From the NCBI GenBank assembly GCA_965602375.1, contig CBFCZG010000003.1:1-39964 (forward strand): 39,964 bases of DNA, given 5' to 3'. Shown piece after piece: positions 10,150 through 19,284 of this stretch. Within the stretch, counting starts at the first letter, position 1; every line of letters begins with the position of its first letter. The notes beneath the pieces are model-generated. The model had not been told where the DNA came from, made no database searches, and saw only the letters and a list, made by a program, of their open reading frames with translations. Made by a program: the position numbers and the translations under genes. The stretch comes from an uncultured Phycisphaerae bacterium. Lineage in GTDB: Bacteria > Planctomycetota > Phycisphaerae > UBA1845 > DATKUK01.

Positions 10150-10177
10150 ATTATCTCACACACATCGCTGATTGCAA
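10150..10177 (-). promoter_or_regulatory. sigma70-type promoter of ahcY
   Basis: On the minus strand, TTGCAA-16 nt-GATAAT with a TGn extended -10. Confidence 0.45.
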
Positions 10178-10249
10178 GCGCTCCAGCGACGGGCTCAGTC
10201 GGGCAGCAGGTGCGTGTACGCTGCGTACGCAAGGACCTCAACGCCAACC

Positions 10250-10900
10250 TCATGGGTCGAGCGCGCGTCGCACCTCAACCACAAACCGCTTGACCTTTTC
10301 CGTATCCTTTCGGCCCGGTTCGGCCTCCACCCCACTCGATACATCCACCGCATAGGGCCTGACGACTCGAACGGCCTCGGCGACATTGTCTGGGCGCAGA
10401 CCACCCGCCAGGATCACCGGCAGTGCCGCGCCACTCGAACGCTGAAGGTCGGCCGCCAGCGACCAGTCGAAGCTCCGCCCCGTTCCTCCGTGTTGGCCTG
10501 CCACGGCCGTGTCCAGCAGCACGGCCGCCAGATTGGCCGGACGCTCTCCGCGCGCCCAGGATGACGGCGCTTCAAGTGAGTCCGGCCCGACGACACGTAC
10601 GGCCTTGACGACGCGCAGCGGCGACAACGCGGCGACATACTCCAACGGCTCGTCGCCGCTGAGCTGCACCGCTCCCAGGTGCAACCCCGTCGCCATTTCG
10701 CGCACCCAGTCGAGGGGGGCGTCGACGAAGACCCCCACCGCAGCCACGAAAGGGGGCAGGACCGAGATGATCTGCTCGGCCGCGTCTCGATCGATCTTGC
10801 GCGGGCTTGGGGCAAACAACATACCGATCGCATCGGCCCCGGCGTGGACCGCCAGGGCAGCGTCTTGGGGGCTGGTGATGCCACATATCTTGACTCGCAT
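10250..10900 (-). CDS. trpF: phosphoribosylanthranilate isomerase
   Basis: MRVKICGIT, GGTGRSFDW, ILAGGL and VDVSSGVE motifs. Confidence 0.96.
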   Translation of the reverse strand: MRVKICGITSPQDAALAVHAGADAIGMLFAPSPRKIDRDAAEQIISVLPPFVAAVGVFVDAPLDWVREMATGLHLGAVQLSGDEPLEYVAALSPLRVVKAVRVVGPDSLEAPSSWARGERPANLAAVLLDTAVAGQHGGTGRSFDWSLAADLQRSSGAALPVILAGGLRPDNVAEAVRVVRPYAVDVSSGVEAEPGRKDTEKVKRFVVEVRRALDP

Positions 10901-10931
10901 TCCCACCGATCTCCTGCCAAGCCTCACTATC

Positions 10932-10960
10932 ATGCTAGGGCCTCGAGTGAGGCACGGCAA
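10932..10960 (-). promoter_or_regulatory. sigma70-type promoter of trpF
   Basis: TTGCCG-17 nt-TAGCAT on the minus strand. Confidence 0.5.
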
Positions 10961-11087
10961 TCCACCCCATGGCCGTCACCGCGGATGGCACGGCCGGTTG
11001 TGGACTTCGCCACCCAAGTCGGCCATACTGTCGGGCGACGTTCCGAACGCCGTACATGCAGGGTTTGTGTTGCGCAGGACCTGAACC

Positions 11088-12185
11088 ATGAAATTGAAGT
11101 CGGTAAAAGCCCACTGCCTCGTGGAATACCAGCGATCGACATCCACCGTCATCGACGATGCGGCCCGCGCCATCCGCAAGGACCCGGAGTTCCGCGGCAA
11201 ATTCCATGCCTTCACGTGCATGGTCTACGACGCCAATCGCAAGCTGCTGTTCTGCGGCACGACGAACTTCGGCAACGATCTGCTTCAAGCCTTCGATCCG
11301 GCAACCGGCCGTTTTGAGTGCATGCGCTATCAGGACTTCGGCGAAACTTACGAAATCAAAATCCATCGCGCGTTGGATTTGGGCGACGACGGCATGGTAT
11401 ACGGGGCCACCAGTTGTCTGCACGACGTCGACGAGAGACACCGTGGGCCTGGAGGCAAGGTCTTCCGCTTCGACCCCGACCGGCGCAGGTTCGAGCTGCT
11501 GTGCATCCCCAAGGAGCACGACTATATCCAGACCATTACGTTGGACAGCAAGCGGCGGATGATCTACGGGATGAACTACCCGGTGTTCGAGTTCTTTGCC
11601 TACTCGATCGACAAGAACGAAGTGGTGTACAGCCGGTACATGGGCAGCATCACACACATCGGGGCCGTCGACGACGAGGGCGGTTACTGGGGCACGTGGG
11701 GGCACGGCCACAAGCTGTTCCGTTACGACTCTGCCAGCAACGAGGTCGATTTCCTCGCGCACGGCCTGCCCACTGGATGCGACAGCCTCATGTACAAAGG
11801 CGCCGGACCGATCGATTGCATGATCAACGGGCAGGACGGGTTCATGTATATAGGGGGCGAGAAGGGCGAGCTGTTCAAGCTGGACCCCGCGACGGGAGAG
11901 GTGACGTATCTCGGCCGGCCCGTGCCCGCGAACCGCCTGCCGGGATTGGCGCTGGGCCCCGGCGGGGTCATCTACGGCGTGGGCGGCGACGACGATCGGA
12001 CAACCTTGTTCGCCTACGATCGGAGCACCGGCGCGTTCACCGTTCTCGGACCCGTACACGACCCGCAGCGAGGTGCATGCTTTCGGCCGCACGACCTGAA
12101 GCTTGTCGATGATACGTTGTTCGTCGGCGAAACAGACAATCCCCGCCGCACGTGCTACCTCTGGCAGTGCACGCTGGCGGGGTGA
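11088..12185 (+). CDS. hypothetical beta-propeller protein without obvious signal peptide
   Basis: Repeated blades (LQAFDPATG, VFRFDPD, LFRYDS, LFKLDPATG, LFAYDRSTG). Upstream TGGACT-17-CATACT at 11001-11029 and AGGA RBS. Confidence 0.75.
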   Translation: MKLKSVKAHCLVEYQRSTSTVIDDAARAIRKDPEFRGKFHAFTCMVYDANRKLLFCGTTNFGNDLLQAFDPATGRFECMRYQDFGETYEIKIHRALDLGDDGMVYGATSCLHDVDERHRGPGGKVFRFDPDRRRFELLCIPKEHDYIQTITLDSKRRMIYGMNYPVFEFFAYSIDKNEVVYSRYMGSITHIGAVDDEGGYWGTWGHGHKLFRYDSASNEVDFLAHGLPTGCDSLMYKGAGPIDCMINGQDGFMYIGGEKGELFKLDPATGEVTYLGRPVPANRLPGLALGPGGVIYGVGGDDDRTTLFAYDRSTGAFTVLGPVHDPQRGACFRPHDLKLVDDTLFVGETDNPRRTCYLWQCTLAG

Positions 12186-12233
12186 AATGGCGGGGCTGAT
12201 ACAGGTGGCGCGTTAGACGCAGGGCAGGTCGAG

Positions 12234-12431
12234 CTATCCTGCGCTATCCACCGCGTCGATGATCACGTTGGACACCCACCACGCTCTTTGACCGATATAC
12301 TGTACTGTGCCAACGCACACCAGGATGATCAGCGCGAGCATAACCCCGTACTCTACCGCGCTAGGCCCGGCTTCATCGCGAAGGAAGCGAGTCGCGCCCT
12401 CGACCACATGTCGTATTGCACGCATTATCAT
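12234..12431 (-). CDS. flp: Flp family type IVb (Tad) pilin
   Basis: RFLRDEAG|PSAVEYGVMLALIILV: cleavage Gly, the conserved EY pair and a hydrophobic helix. GGAGG-like RBS; about 65 aa. Confidence 0.88.
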   Translation of the reverse strand: MIMRAIRHVVEGATRFLRDEAGPSAVEYGVMLALIILVCVGTVQYIGQRAWWVSNVIIDAVDSAG

Positions 12432-12690
12432 CTCGCCCTCCCTAGCTGCCTTTCCTTCTGCCACACGCTGACAGCTAGAAAGAATGTACAATTCGATGGG
12501 TAGCTGGGCAAAGATTTCCGCGGGCGCAGTGCGGTTCTTGCCGGTTACCGGACGGTCTGCGAGAGTTATCCGCTCAATCTCATTTGCCTGCGGCGCTTAC
12601 CTATCTTACTTTTCTCTAGTGCCGTGTTGTATCTCGCCGTTGCTCGGCGAAACGCCGTACGGACGTATCGATCGCGAAAGGGGAAAAGCC

Positions 12691-15174
12691 GTGAGCAATC
12701 AAGCCACCACCATACCGGCAGCGCATCAGGCTCGTCGCGTGAGCTTGCCGGAAGGGGCACCCAGGGTCCGTATAACGGCGGGTGTCGGCTCGGCGTCGCA
12801 AAAGACGTGGAGCCTCCGCCGGCCGGTGGCCATGGTAGGCAGCCGACGAACCGCTCTGGTACACCTGAGCAACCCGGAAGTATCCAAGGCTCACTGCCTG
12901 ATCGTCAATACAGGCACGGACGTCCTGCTCCGCGATCTGGCAAGCCGTAGCGGCACGTTCTGTGACCAACGTCCCGTGGAACTCGAGCCCCTACGAGATG
13001 GCTCGGTCATTCGCGTCGGGCCGACCACGATCCAGGTAGCCATTCAGGCCTCAGCCGAGGGCAACGAAGACACCGAGACAGGCTATCAGTATTCGGACCC
13101 GACGAAGCTGCCCACGACCCTTGTCCTGGTCGATCCTCAGGGGCGAAAACACCCGATCGAGCGCAGCATCGCGGTCATCGGTCGGCGAGGCAACTGCGAC
13201 GTGCCCATTGACAGCGACGAAGTCTCGCTGGCGCATGCAGCCATCTTCCACATCAATGGGAAACCGATCCTGTACGATCTCGGCAGCCGCAACGGAACCT
13301 TCATAAACGGGCAGCAGGTCTCCATTGCACATATCGGGCACGGTGACGTGGTGCGAATCGACGACACCGAGTTCACCGTTGAGGGGTCGCCCCTCGGCGA
13401 GGAGGCCGAGCAGGAAACCGACGAGCCGACCCAATCCGACGCCGCACAGACCGAAGGCGACGGCGGGTCGGAGGCGCCGGACGCCGCGGACAAGGCGTCG
13501 CAGGATGACCCGACCCCGTCGGACTCCCAGGACGTGCCGGCGGGAGACGACTCGGCCGCCGAGACGCCCCCACAGGCCGACGAGCCCGGTGAGGATCAAG
13601 CCGACCCGAAAAACCAGCAGGACACCGGCGCGGGTGCTGATGAGCCCGCACAGGAGGCGGAAACCCAACCGGCCAATGGATCGCCCGAGGGCCAGGAAGA
13701 AGCCCCGGCAGAAATAGTGGACATCGTAGCGAGCGAGCCGCGGCCTCAGCGGCCGCCGAGGCCCGACCGCGGCCACGCCGCCGACTCGCTCTCGGATCTT
13801 CAGACCAAGATCGTCGGACTACAGGAGAACATCCTCAACTGGTGGGACCAGCTCACCGATTGGCAGAACCGACTCGAGCAGAATACCCACCAGCTTCAGA
13901 AACGGTCCGCCCATTTGGAGCAGCGCGACCAGCAGGTCGCCGAACGCGAGCAGGCCCTTCAGGCCGAACAGCAACACGTCGAGCAACAGAAGCAACAGCT
14001 TGAAAACACCCAGCAGGAGCTCGACGCCCGGCAGCAAAACGTGCATGTTCAGAAGCAGGAACTGGACGCCACGCAGCAAAAGCTCGACGACACAAGGAAA
14101 GAGCTCGACGCCCGCGAGCAGCAGATCGAGGAGCGCCACGGCCAGCTCGAAGCCCAGCAGGCCCAATTCGAGCAGCAGAAAGCCGAGCTCGAGGACCTGC
14201 GCGGGCAGTTGGATGCCAGTCAGAAGGAACTGCAACAGGCCCGCGGCGAACTCGAAGACGCGCAGGCCAAGATCGAGGACGAGCGTCGTCAGCTCCATGA
14301 ACAGGGCGAACAGTTAGAATCGAAACAGAAGGAGGTCGAGGACGAACATCATCAGCTCCATGAACGGGGCGAGCAGTTCGAGTCGAAAGAGAAGCAGATC
14401 GAGGACGAGCGTCATCAGCTCCATGAACGAGGCGAGCAATTGGAGTCGAAAGAGAAGGAGGTCGAGGCGCGAGCCGCCGAGCTCCAACAGCGAGAATCCG
14501 AGTTGCAGCAACGAGAGCAGGAAGTACAGGAGCAAGCCGCCGCCATCGAGCAAACCGAGAAGGTTGTCCAGGCTGAGCAGGCGGTGTTCAGTCAGTTCCA
14601 GCAGGCCATCAATCAGGCGAACGACGCGTTCCAGCAGTCGCTCACTCAGCGTATATCCACGATGCAGGCGTTAATGGAGAACGCCGCGGCTGCCCAGGAG
14701 AGTGCAGACAGTCCACAGGCCAGCGAGGCCGAGCCCGTCGTCGAGCCGCCCGCCGATCAGCAGCCGCGGCCTGAGGACGCACCCGCCTCCGACTCCGAGA
14801 GCACCCCTGACCAACAGAGCGGCGACCAACCGCAAGACGCCGCCGAGCCCGAACCGGAGGCATCTGCTGACGCTTCCGATGACCGGGATGTCGCCGACGC
14901 CCATGCGGAAGACCAAGGCGAGTCCGCTGACGCCACGCCCGATGAAAAACCTGGAGCCGAAGCGCCGGCAGATCGGCCGGAGACCCCACGCACCACTCTG
15001 AATCCCACGTTCTCGATGGACCTCGAACCCGAGGTGGCTGACAAGCTCCGCACACTTCGCCGTTTGACCAACGGGAAGAAGTCGGACGAAGAGCTACTCG
15101 CCCAGATTCAGGCCGAAGCCCAGGCGCAGTCGTCCGAGCAACGCAAGAAGCGGAGGTGGTGGGGCGGCAGCTAG
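12691..15174 (+). CDS. tandem-FHA domain protein with acidic linkers and long coiled coil
   Basis: Two FHA domains (VSKAHC...DLASRSGT and IGRRGNCD...VSLAHA...DLGSRNGT), D/E/P linkers and a Q/E-rich heptad region of roughly 300 aa. GTG start at 12691 after a purine-rich RBS. Confidence 0.85.
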   Translation: MSNQATTIPAAHQARRVSLPEGAPRVRITAGVGSASQKTWSLRRPVAMVGSRRTALVHLSNPEVSKAHCLIVNTGTDVLLRDLASRSGTFCDQRPVELEPLRDGSVIRVGPTTIQVAIQASAEGNEDTETGYQYSDPTKLPTTLVLVDPQGRKHPIERSIAVIGRRGNCDVPIDSDEVSLAHAAIFHINGKPILYDLGSRNGTFINGQQVSIAHIGHGDVVRIDDTEFTVEGSPLGEEAEQETDEPTQSDAAQTEGDGGSEAPDAADKASQDDPTPSDSQDVPAGDDSAAETPPQADEPGEDQADPKNQQDTGAGADEPAQEAETQPANGSPEGQEEAPAEIVDIVASEPRPQRPPRPDRGHAADSLSDLQTKIVGLQENILNWWDQLTDWQNRLEQNTHQLQKRSAHLEQRDQQVAEREQALQAEQQHVEQQKQQLENTQQELDARQQNVHVQKQELDATQQKLDDTRKELDAREQQIEERHGQLEAQQAQFEQQKAELEDLRGQLDASQKELQQARGELEDAQAKIEDERRQLHEQGEQLESKQKEVEDEHHQLHERGEQFESKEKQIEDERHQLHERGEQLESKEKEVEARAAELQQRESELQQREQEVQEQAAAIEQTEKVVQAEQAVFSQFQQAINQANDAFQQSLTQRISTMQALMENAAAAQESADSPQASEAEPVVEPPADQQPRPEDAPASDSESTPDQQSGDQPQDAAEPEPEASADASDDRDVADAHAEDQGESADATPDEKPGAEAPADRPETPRTTLNPTFSMDLEPEVADKLRTLRRLTNGKKSDEELLAQIQAEAQAQSSEQRKKRRWWGGS
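14272..14460 (+). repeat. 3 x 63-nt (21-aa) intragenic tandem repeat
   Basis: IEDERRQLHEQGEQLESKQKE / VEDEHHQLHERGEQFESKEKQ / IEDERHQLHERGEQLESKEKE; tcagctccatgaac recurs every 63 nt. Confidence 0.9.
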
Positions 15175-15299
15175 ACGTCGGATCGTCACCGCCGCGTTGA
15201 GTCCGGGCGGGCGTTCGGTTACTTTCGCTGCGACTGTGGACACTACCGCGCCAGGCCCGACGACTGCCTGGGTGCGATCCGCTATCCGACGAGCGTCGC

Positions 15300-16910
15300 A
15301 TGCCGCTGCTGTTGCGCAATCTCGCACTGGACCTGGATGAACCTGAAGATGAGCTTCTGCAACAAGCCGTTTCCCGTCTCCACGTTCCGCAAGAGCACGT
15401 CGGCGTATACGGGGTCGCTCGTCGCGCCATCGACGCTCGCCGAGGCCGTGTCCGTTTCGCCTACAGCATCGAATTGAGCCTACTCGACGGCCCGGAATAC
15501 GAGCAGGCTCTTGTCCAGCGCCTCGGCCGAGCCGATGTGACCGTCCTGCGGCGTCAAGGCCCGCCCCCCGTCGAGCCAGGCACCGAACCGTTGCCGCACG
15601 CCCCCGTCGTGGTCGGGTTCGGGCCCGCCGGTATGTTTTCGGCACTGGCGCTGGCCGAGGCCGGCTACCGACCCACCGTGCTGGAGCGCGGCCCCGACGT
15701 GGCCACCCGCACGCACGACATCGTCAGCGACTACTACCGCCGTGGACAGTTTCATCCGGAGAGCAACCTGCTCTTTGGTGAGGGCGGCGCGGGCACGTAC
15801 AGCGACGGCAAGCTCTACACTCGCGTCGGCGACCTGCGTGGCCAGCAGGTGCTCGAGACTCTCGTGCGACACGGCGCCAGACCTCAAACCCTCATCGACA
15901 GTCACCCCCACATCGGCAGCGACCGACTGCCAAGCATCTGCCGCCGCATCCGCAGGCGGATTGAGGAGTTCGGCGGGCGTGTGCTCTTCGGTCATCACGT
16001 CGTCGGGCTGACTATCCACGATAGCCGTCTGGTCGGGCTGTCAGTGGCGGGACGTCCACCCATCGACGTCGGTCCGACCATCCTGGCGATCGGACATAGT
16101 GCCCGGGACACGTACCGCGCGCTGCGCGACGCGGGCGTGCCGCTGGCGGCCAAGCCGTTCCAGTTTGGGCTGCGCGTCGAACATGCGCAGGAGCAGGTCG
16201 ACCGTTGGCAGTACGGACGACACTTCGATCATCCCCGCCTCCCGCCGGCGTATTACCGATTAGTCGCCAAGGGCGTGGCGGATGGCGGCGATGTATACAG
16301 CTTCTGTATGTGTCCGGGCGGCATGGTTCTGCCGGCACACGAAGCCCCCGAAGCCCTGTCGGTAAACGGAGCCAGCAACTCCCGGCGCGACAGCGGCTTT
16401 GCCAACAGCGGCCTGGTCGCAACGCTCGACACCGCGCACTTCGGGAACGACCCGCTGCAAGGGGTCGCCCTGCAACAGCGCCTGGAACGCGCCGCCTTCG
16501 ACCTGGGCGGCGGCCACTACCGTGCTGCAATCCAGCGTGCGGCCGACTTTGTCGCAGGCCGGCTGTCCAAAGGGACGATGAACAACACCTATCCCCTGGG
16601 CACCGTCTGGGCCGATCTACACCAACTCCTGCCGGCCGAAATCGACAGGGCAATCGCCGCCGCACTAGGCACCTTCGATGCCGCCATGCCCGGGTTTGCC
16701 GGTCCGGAGGCTATACTCTTCGGCCCGGAGAGCCGGGCGAGTGGACCGGTTCGCATTCCGCGCGACCCGCACTCGATGCAGTCGCCCGCCGTGGTGTGCC
16801 TTTACCCCGTCGGCGAGGGAGCGGGCTACGCAGGCGGCATCGTCTCGGCGGCCATCGACGGTCTCAGGGCCGCCGAAACCGTCATCGCGCGGTATCGCCC
16901 GCCCGACTGA
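15300..16910 (+). CDS. NAD(P)/FAD-dependent oxidoreductase (uncharacterised FAD-dependent dehydrogenase family)
   Basis: VVGFGPAGM, FGEGGAGTYSDGKL, GHSARD, YSFCMCPGG and GEGAGYAGGIVSAA motifs. Confidence 0.9.
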   Translation: MPLLLRNLALDLDEPEDELLQQAVSRLHVPQEHVGVYGVARRAIDARRGRVRFAYSIELSLLDGPEYEQALVQRLGRADVTVLRRQGPPPVEPGTEPLPHAPVVVGFGPAGMFSALALAEAGYRPTVLERGPDVATRTHDIVSDYYRRGQFHPESNLLFGEGGAGTYSDGKLYTRVGDLRGQQVLETLVRHGARPQTLIDSHPHIGSDRLPSICRRIRRRIEEFGGRVLFGHHVVGLTIHDSRLVGLSVAGRPPIDVGPTILAIGHSARDTYRALRDAGVPLAAKPFQFGLRVEHAQEQVDRWQYGRHFDHPRLPPAYYRLVAKGVADGGDVYSFCMCPGGMVLPAHEAPEALSVNGASNSRRDSGFANSGLVATLDTAHFGNDPLQGVALQQRLERAAFDLGGGHYRAAIQRAADFVAGRLSKGTMNNTYPLGTVWADLHQLLPAEIDRAIAAALGTFDAAMPGFAGPEAILFGPESRASGPVRIPRDPHSMQSPAVVCLYPVGEGAGYAGGIVSAAIDGLRAAETVIARYRPPD

Positions 16911-16927
16911 GACCTCCAGCCAGCCCG

Positions 16928-18205
16928 CTACCGAGTATGTCCGTCACCGGTCACAACGTACTTGTATGTTGTCAGGTCGGACGCCCCCATGGGCCCCCGG
17001 GCATGCAACTTGTCGGTGCTGATGCCGATCTCCGCCCCCAAACCGTAGACGCCTCCGTCGCTGAGTCGGGTCGAACAGTTCACCATCGTATTGGCCGAGT
17101 CCACGCCTTCCACGAAGCGCTGGGCCGCCGCGACGCTGTCGGTGAGAATCGCGTCGGTATGTCCCGACCCGTACTTGTTGATATGCGCGACGGCCTCATC
17201 CAGCCCGTCCACGATTCTCACCGCTACAATCAGATCGAGATATTCAGTATACCAATCCTGCTCCGTGGCCTGCTTGACCCTCTCAAGCAGCTTGACCGTC
17301 CTGTCACAGCCGCGGATCTCGCAGCCGGCCTCGCCGAGCTTGCGAGCAATCGAAGGCAGGAAACGGTCCGCGATGCTCGCGTCCAGCAGAATCGTCTCGG
17401 CTGCGTTGCAGACAGCCGGCCGCTGTAGCTTGGCGTTGAGCACAATCGCCTCGGCGCGGTCATACGGACACTTTTCGTGAATGTAGACGTGGCAGTTGCC
17501 GGCATAGTGCTTGATGACTGGAATGGTGGATTGCTCCACGACGGTGCGGATCAGCCCCTCCCCGCCGCGAGGCACGACCAGGTCGATGTATTGGTTCTGC
17601 TTCAGCAGCAGAGGCACCAACGCCCGATCGGTCGTGCCGACGATCTGCACCGCCTCGCGGACGACGTCGCTGCATTCGAGCGCATCACCAATGACCCGGC
17701 CGATCGCCGTGTTGCTGTGGAAGGACTCGCGCCCGCCGCGAAGGATGCACGCGTTGCCGCTCTTGAGGCACAGCGCAGCCGCATCGGCCGTTACATTGGG
17801 CCTCGCCTCGTAGATCACCGCCACGACCCCGAGCGGAACCCGGCGCTTCTCGATCCGCAAGCCGTCCGGGCGAACGTGTGCCGAGAGCGTCTCGCCGATC
17901 GGGTCGGGCTGGGCGGCCACCTCTTCCACGGCCTCGGCCATCTTCTCGATCCGTGAGGCGTCGAGCCGCAGCCGGTCCGCCATCGCATCGCCTATGCCCG
18001 ATTCGCGGGCCTGTCGCATATCTCCTTCGTTCGCAGCCGCGATCGTCGACGACTCGGCCCGCAACCTCGCCGCGACGGCCCGCAGCACGTCGTTCCGACG
18101 CTGTCCGTTCAACCTCGCCACTACGTACGACGCCTGCCGCGCGCCGCGCGCCAGGCGCTCGATATAGGAGTGCAAGTCATCAACCAGCTGCTCTGCAACG
18201 ACCAT
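16928..18205 (-). CDS. proA: gamma-glutamyl phosphate reductase
   Basis: IYEARPNVT, LKSGNA, PRGGEGLI, CNAAET and GAEIGISTDKLHARGPMG motifs. Confidence 0.97.
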   Translation of the reverse strand: MVVAEQLVDDLHSYIERLARGARQASYVVARLNGQRRNDVLRAVAARLRAESSTIAAANEGDMRQARESGIGDAMADRLRLDASRIEKMAEAVEEVAAQPDPIGETLSAHVRPDGLRIEKRRVPLGVVAVIYEARPNVTADAAALCLKSGNACILRGGRESFHSNTAIGRVIGDALECSDVVREAVQIVGTTDRALVPLLLKQNQYIDLVVPRGGEGLIRTVVEQSTIPVIKHYAGNCHVYIHEKCPYDRAEAIVLNAKLQRPAVCNAAETILLDASIADRFLPSIARKLGEAGCEIRGCDRTVKLLERVKQATEQDWYTEYLDLIVAVRIVDGLDEAVAHINKYGSGHTDAILTDSVAAAQRFVEGVDSANTMVNCSTRLSDGGVYGLGAEIGISTDKLHARGPMGASDLTTYKYVVTGDGHTR

Positions 18206-18243
18206 AACTCACGCTCTTCACCGCATCGCAGGCGGCTACGATT

Positions 18244-19227
18244 CTATCCCGGCCGCAGCGACACGGACCTCTCTACAAGTCGGAACTCGATCGTCGGCGG
18301 ATCCTGGTCCAGCTTCACGCCGGGTGGGAACGTAAACGCCACGGGACGGGTGACCGACGTTCCGTCCGGCCGGTAGTCGTCCACCGACACCGTTACCCGC
18401 GCGTCGACGTCCTGGGGCTCCAGATCATCGATGAGGTGATGCGGACCGACCACCGCCACGTCCACCACATCGTTGGCTGTCTGGGGCACGTACTTGCCCA
18501 TAAGGCTTTGGCTGGCACTGAAAAACACCACCACGCCGGTAAGCTTCTTTCTTTTGAGGCTGATTCTCAAGCGAACCGTCACCCGGTCGGGATCCACAGC
18601 GACGGCCTTCATCGCGCGGTCCGCAGTCACCGGCACGCCGTTTAGCTCCACCACCTTGTCGGCCGGCTGCCCTTGCAGCAGCTCGCGCAGATCGGCCGTC
18701 ACCTGAAGTCTCTGCGGTTGCAGCGTCGTCAACACCGACTCCGGCAGCCGCACCCTGACCCGAGCGGGCTCGATCAGCAGATCCGTGTCGGTCACGCCGT
18801 ACCGGCCCGTCTCCAGCTTCACCGGTACCTCGCGCCACAGCAGCCGATCCACCTGAAGTTTGACACGCGCGGGCGATACACCTCGCACGATCACGCCCTT
18901 CAGCCGCGGATCGGCCAATAGGGCCTCGCGAAGCAAGACCGTGTGCGAGCCGGTCGGCACTTCGTCGCCGATCCAGTACTCGATCGGGCTCATGCCGGAT
19001 GTCAGCTCGGCCTCCAGCTCGCCGATCAGGCGGTTCGGGCCGCCCAGGATGGCCGTCACGTCGAGGTCCTCCGGCACGCCCGAGACAATCCGGTCGCTGC
19101 CGGCCCGCGGTGCAATGCGAACCTTGAGCGTACGCCGCAACTCCCCTTGGTTGTACTGGTCAGCCACAAACCAGATCAGACAGGTCAGCACCACCACCGT
19201 TGCCGCCGTCTTGATCCTGTCCAGCAT
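18244..19227 (-). CDS. cdaR: CdaR/YbbR-like membrane-anchored protein
   Basis: N-terminal TM helix (VVLTCLIWFVA), repeated beta domains with P..V.V motifs, and position directly downstream of cdaA. Confidence 0.65.
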   Translation of the reverse strand: MLDRIKTAATVVVLTCLIWFVADQYNQGELRRTLKVRIAPRAGSDRIVSGVPEDLDVTAILGGPNRLIGELEAELTSGMSPIEYWIGDEVPTGSHTVLLREALLADPRLKGVIVRGVSPARVKLQVDRLLWREVPVKLETGRYGVTDTDLLIEPARVRVRLPESVLTTLQPQRLQVTADLRELLQGQPADKVVELNGVPVTADRAMKAVAVDPDRVTVRLRISLKRKKLTGVVVFFSASQSLMGKYVPQTANDVVDVAVVGPHHLIDDLEPQDVDARVTVSVDDYRPDGTSVTRPVAFTFPPGVKLDQDPPTIEFRLVERSVSLRPG

Positions 19228-19284
19228 GGGCCTTCCTCTAATCCGGCGGCGCCGCTTGCCCGCCGAAAGCACCTGACAAGTTGC

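Noticed and set aside
10072-10249. SAH riboswitch upstream of ahcY (GGAGCGCTTGC resembles the aptamer core)
   Set aside because: The downstream pairing segment (AAC..CGCTC) is absent, and the match overlaps the predicted -35 box.
14272-14460. CRISPR-like periodic repeat
   Set aside because: In-frame coding repeat with no unique spacers and no cas genes.
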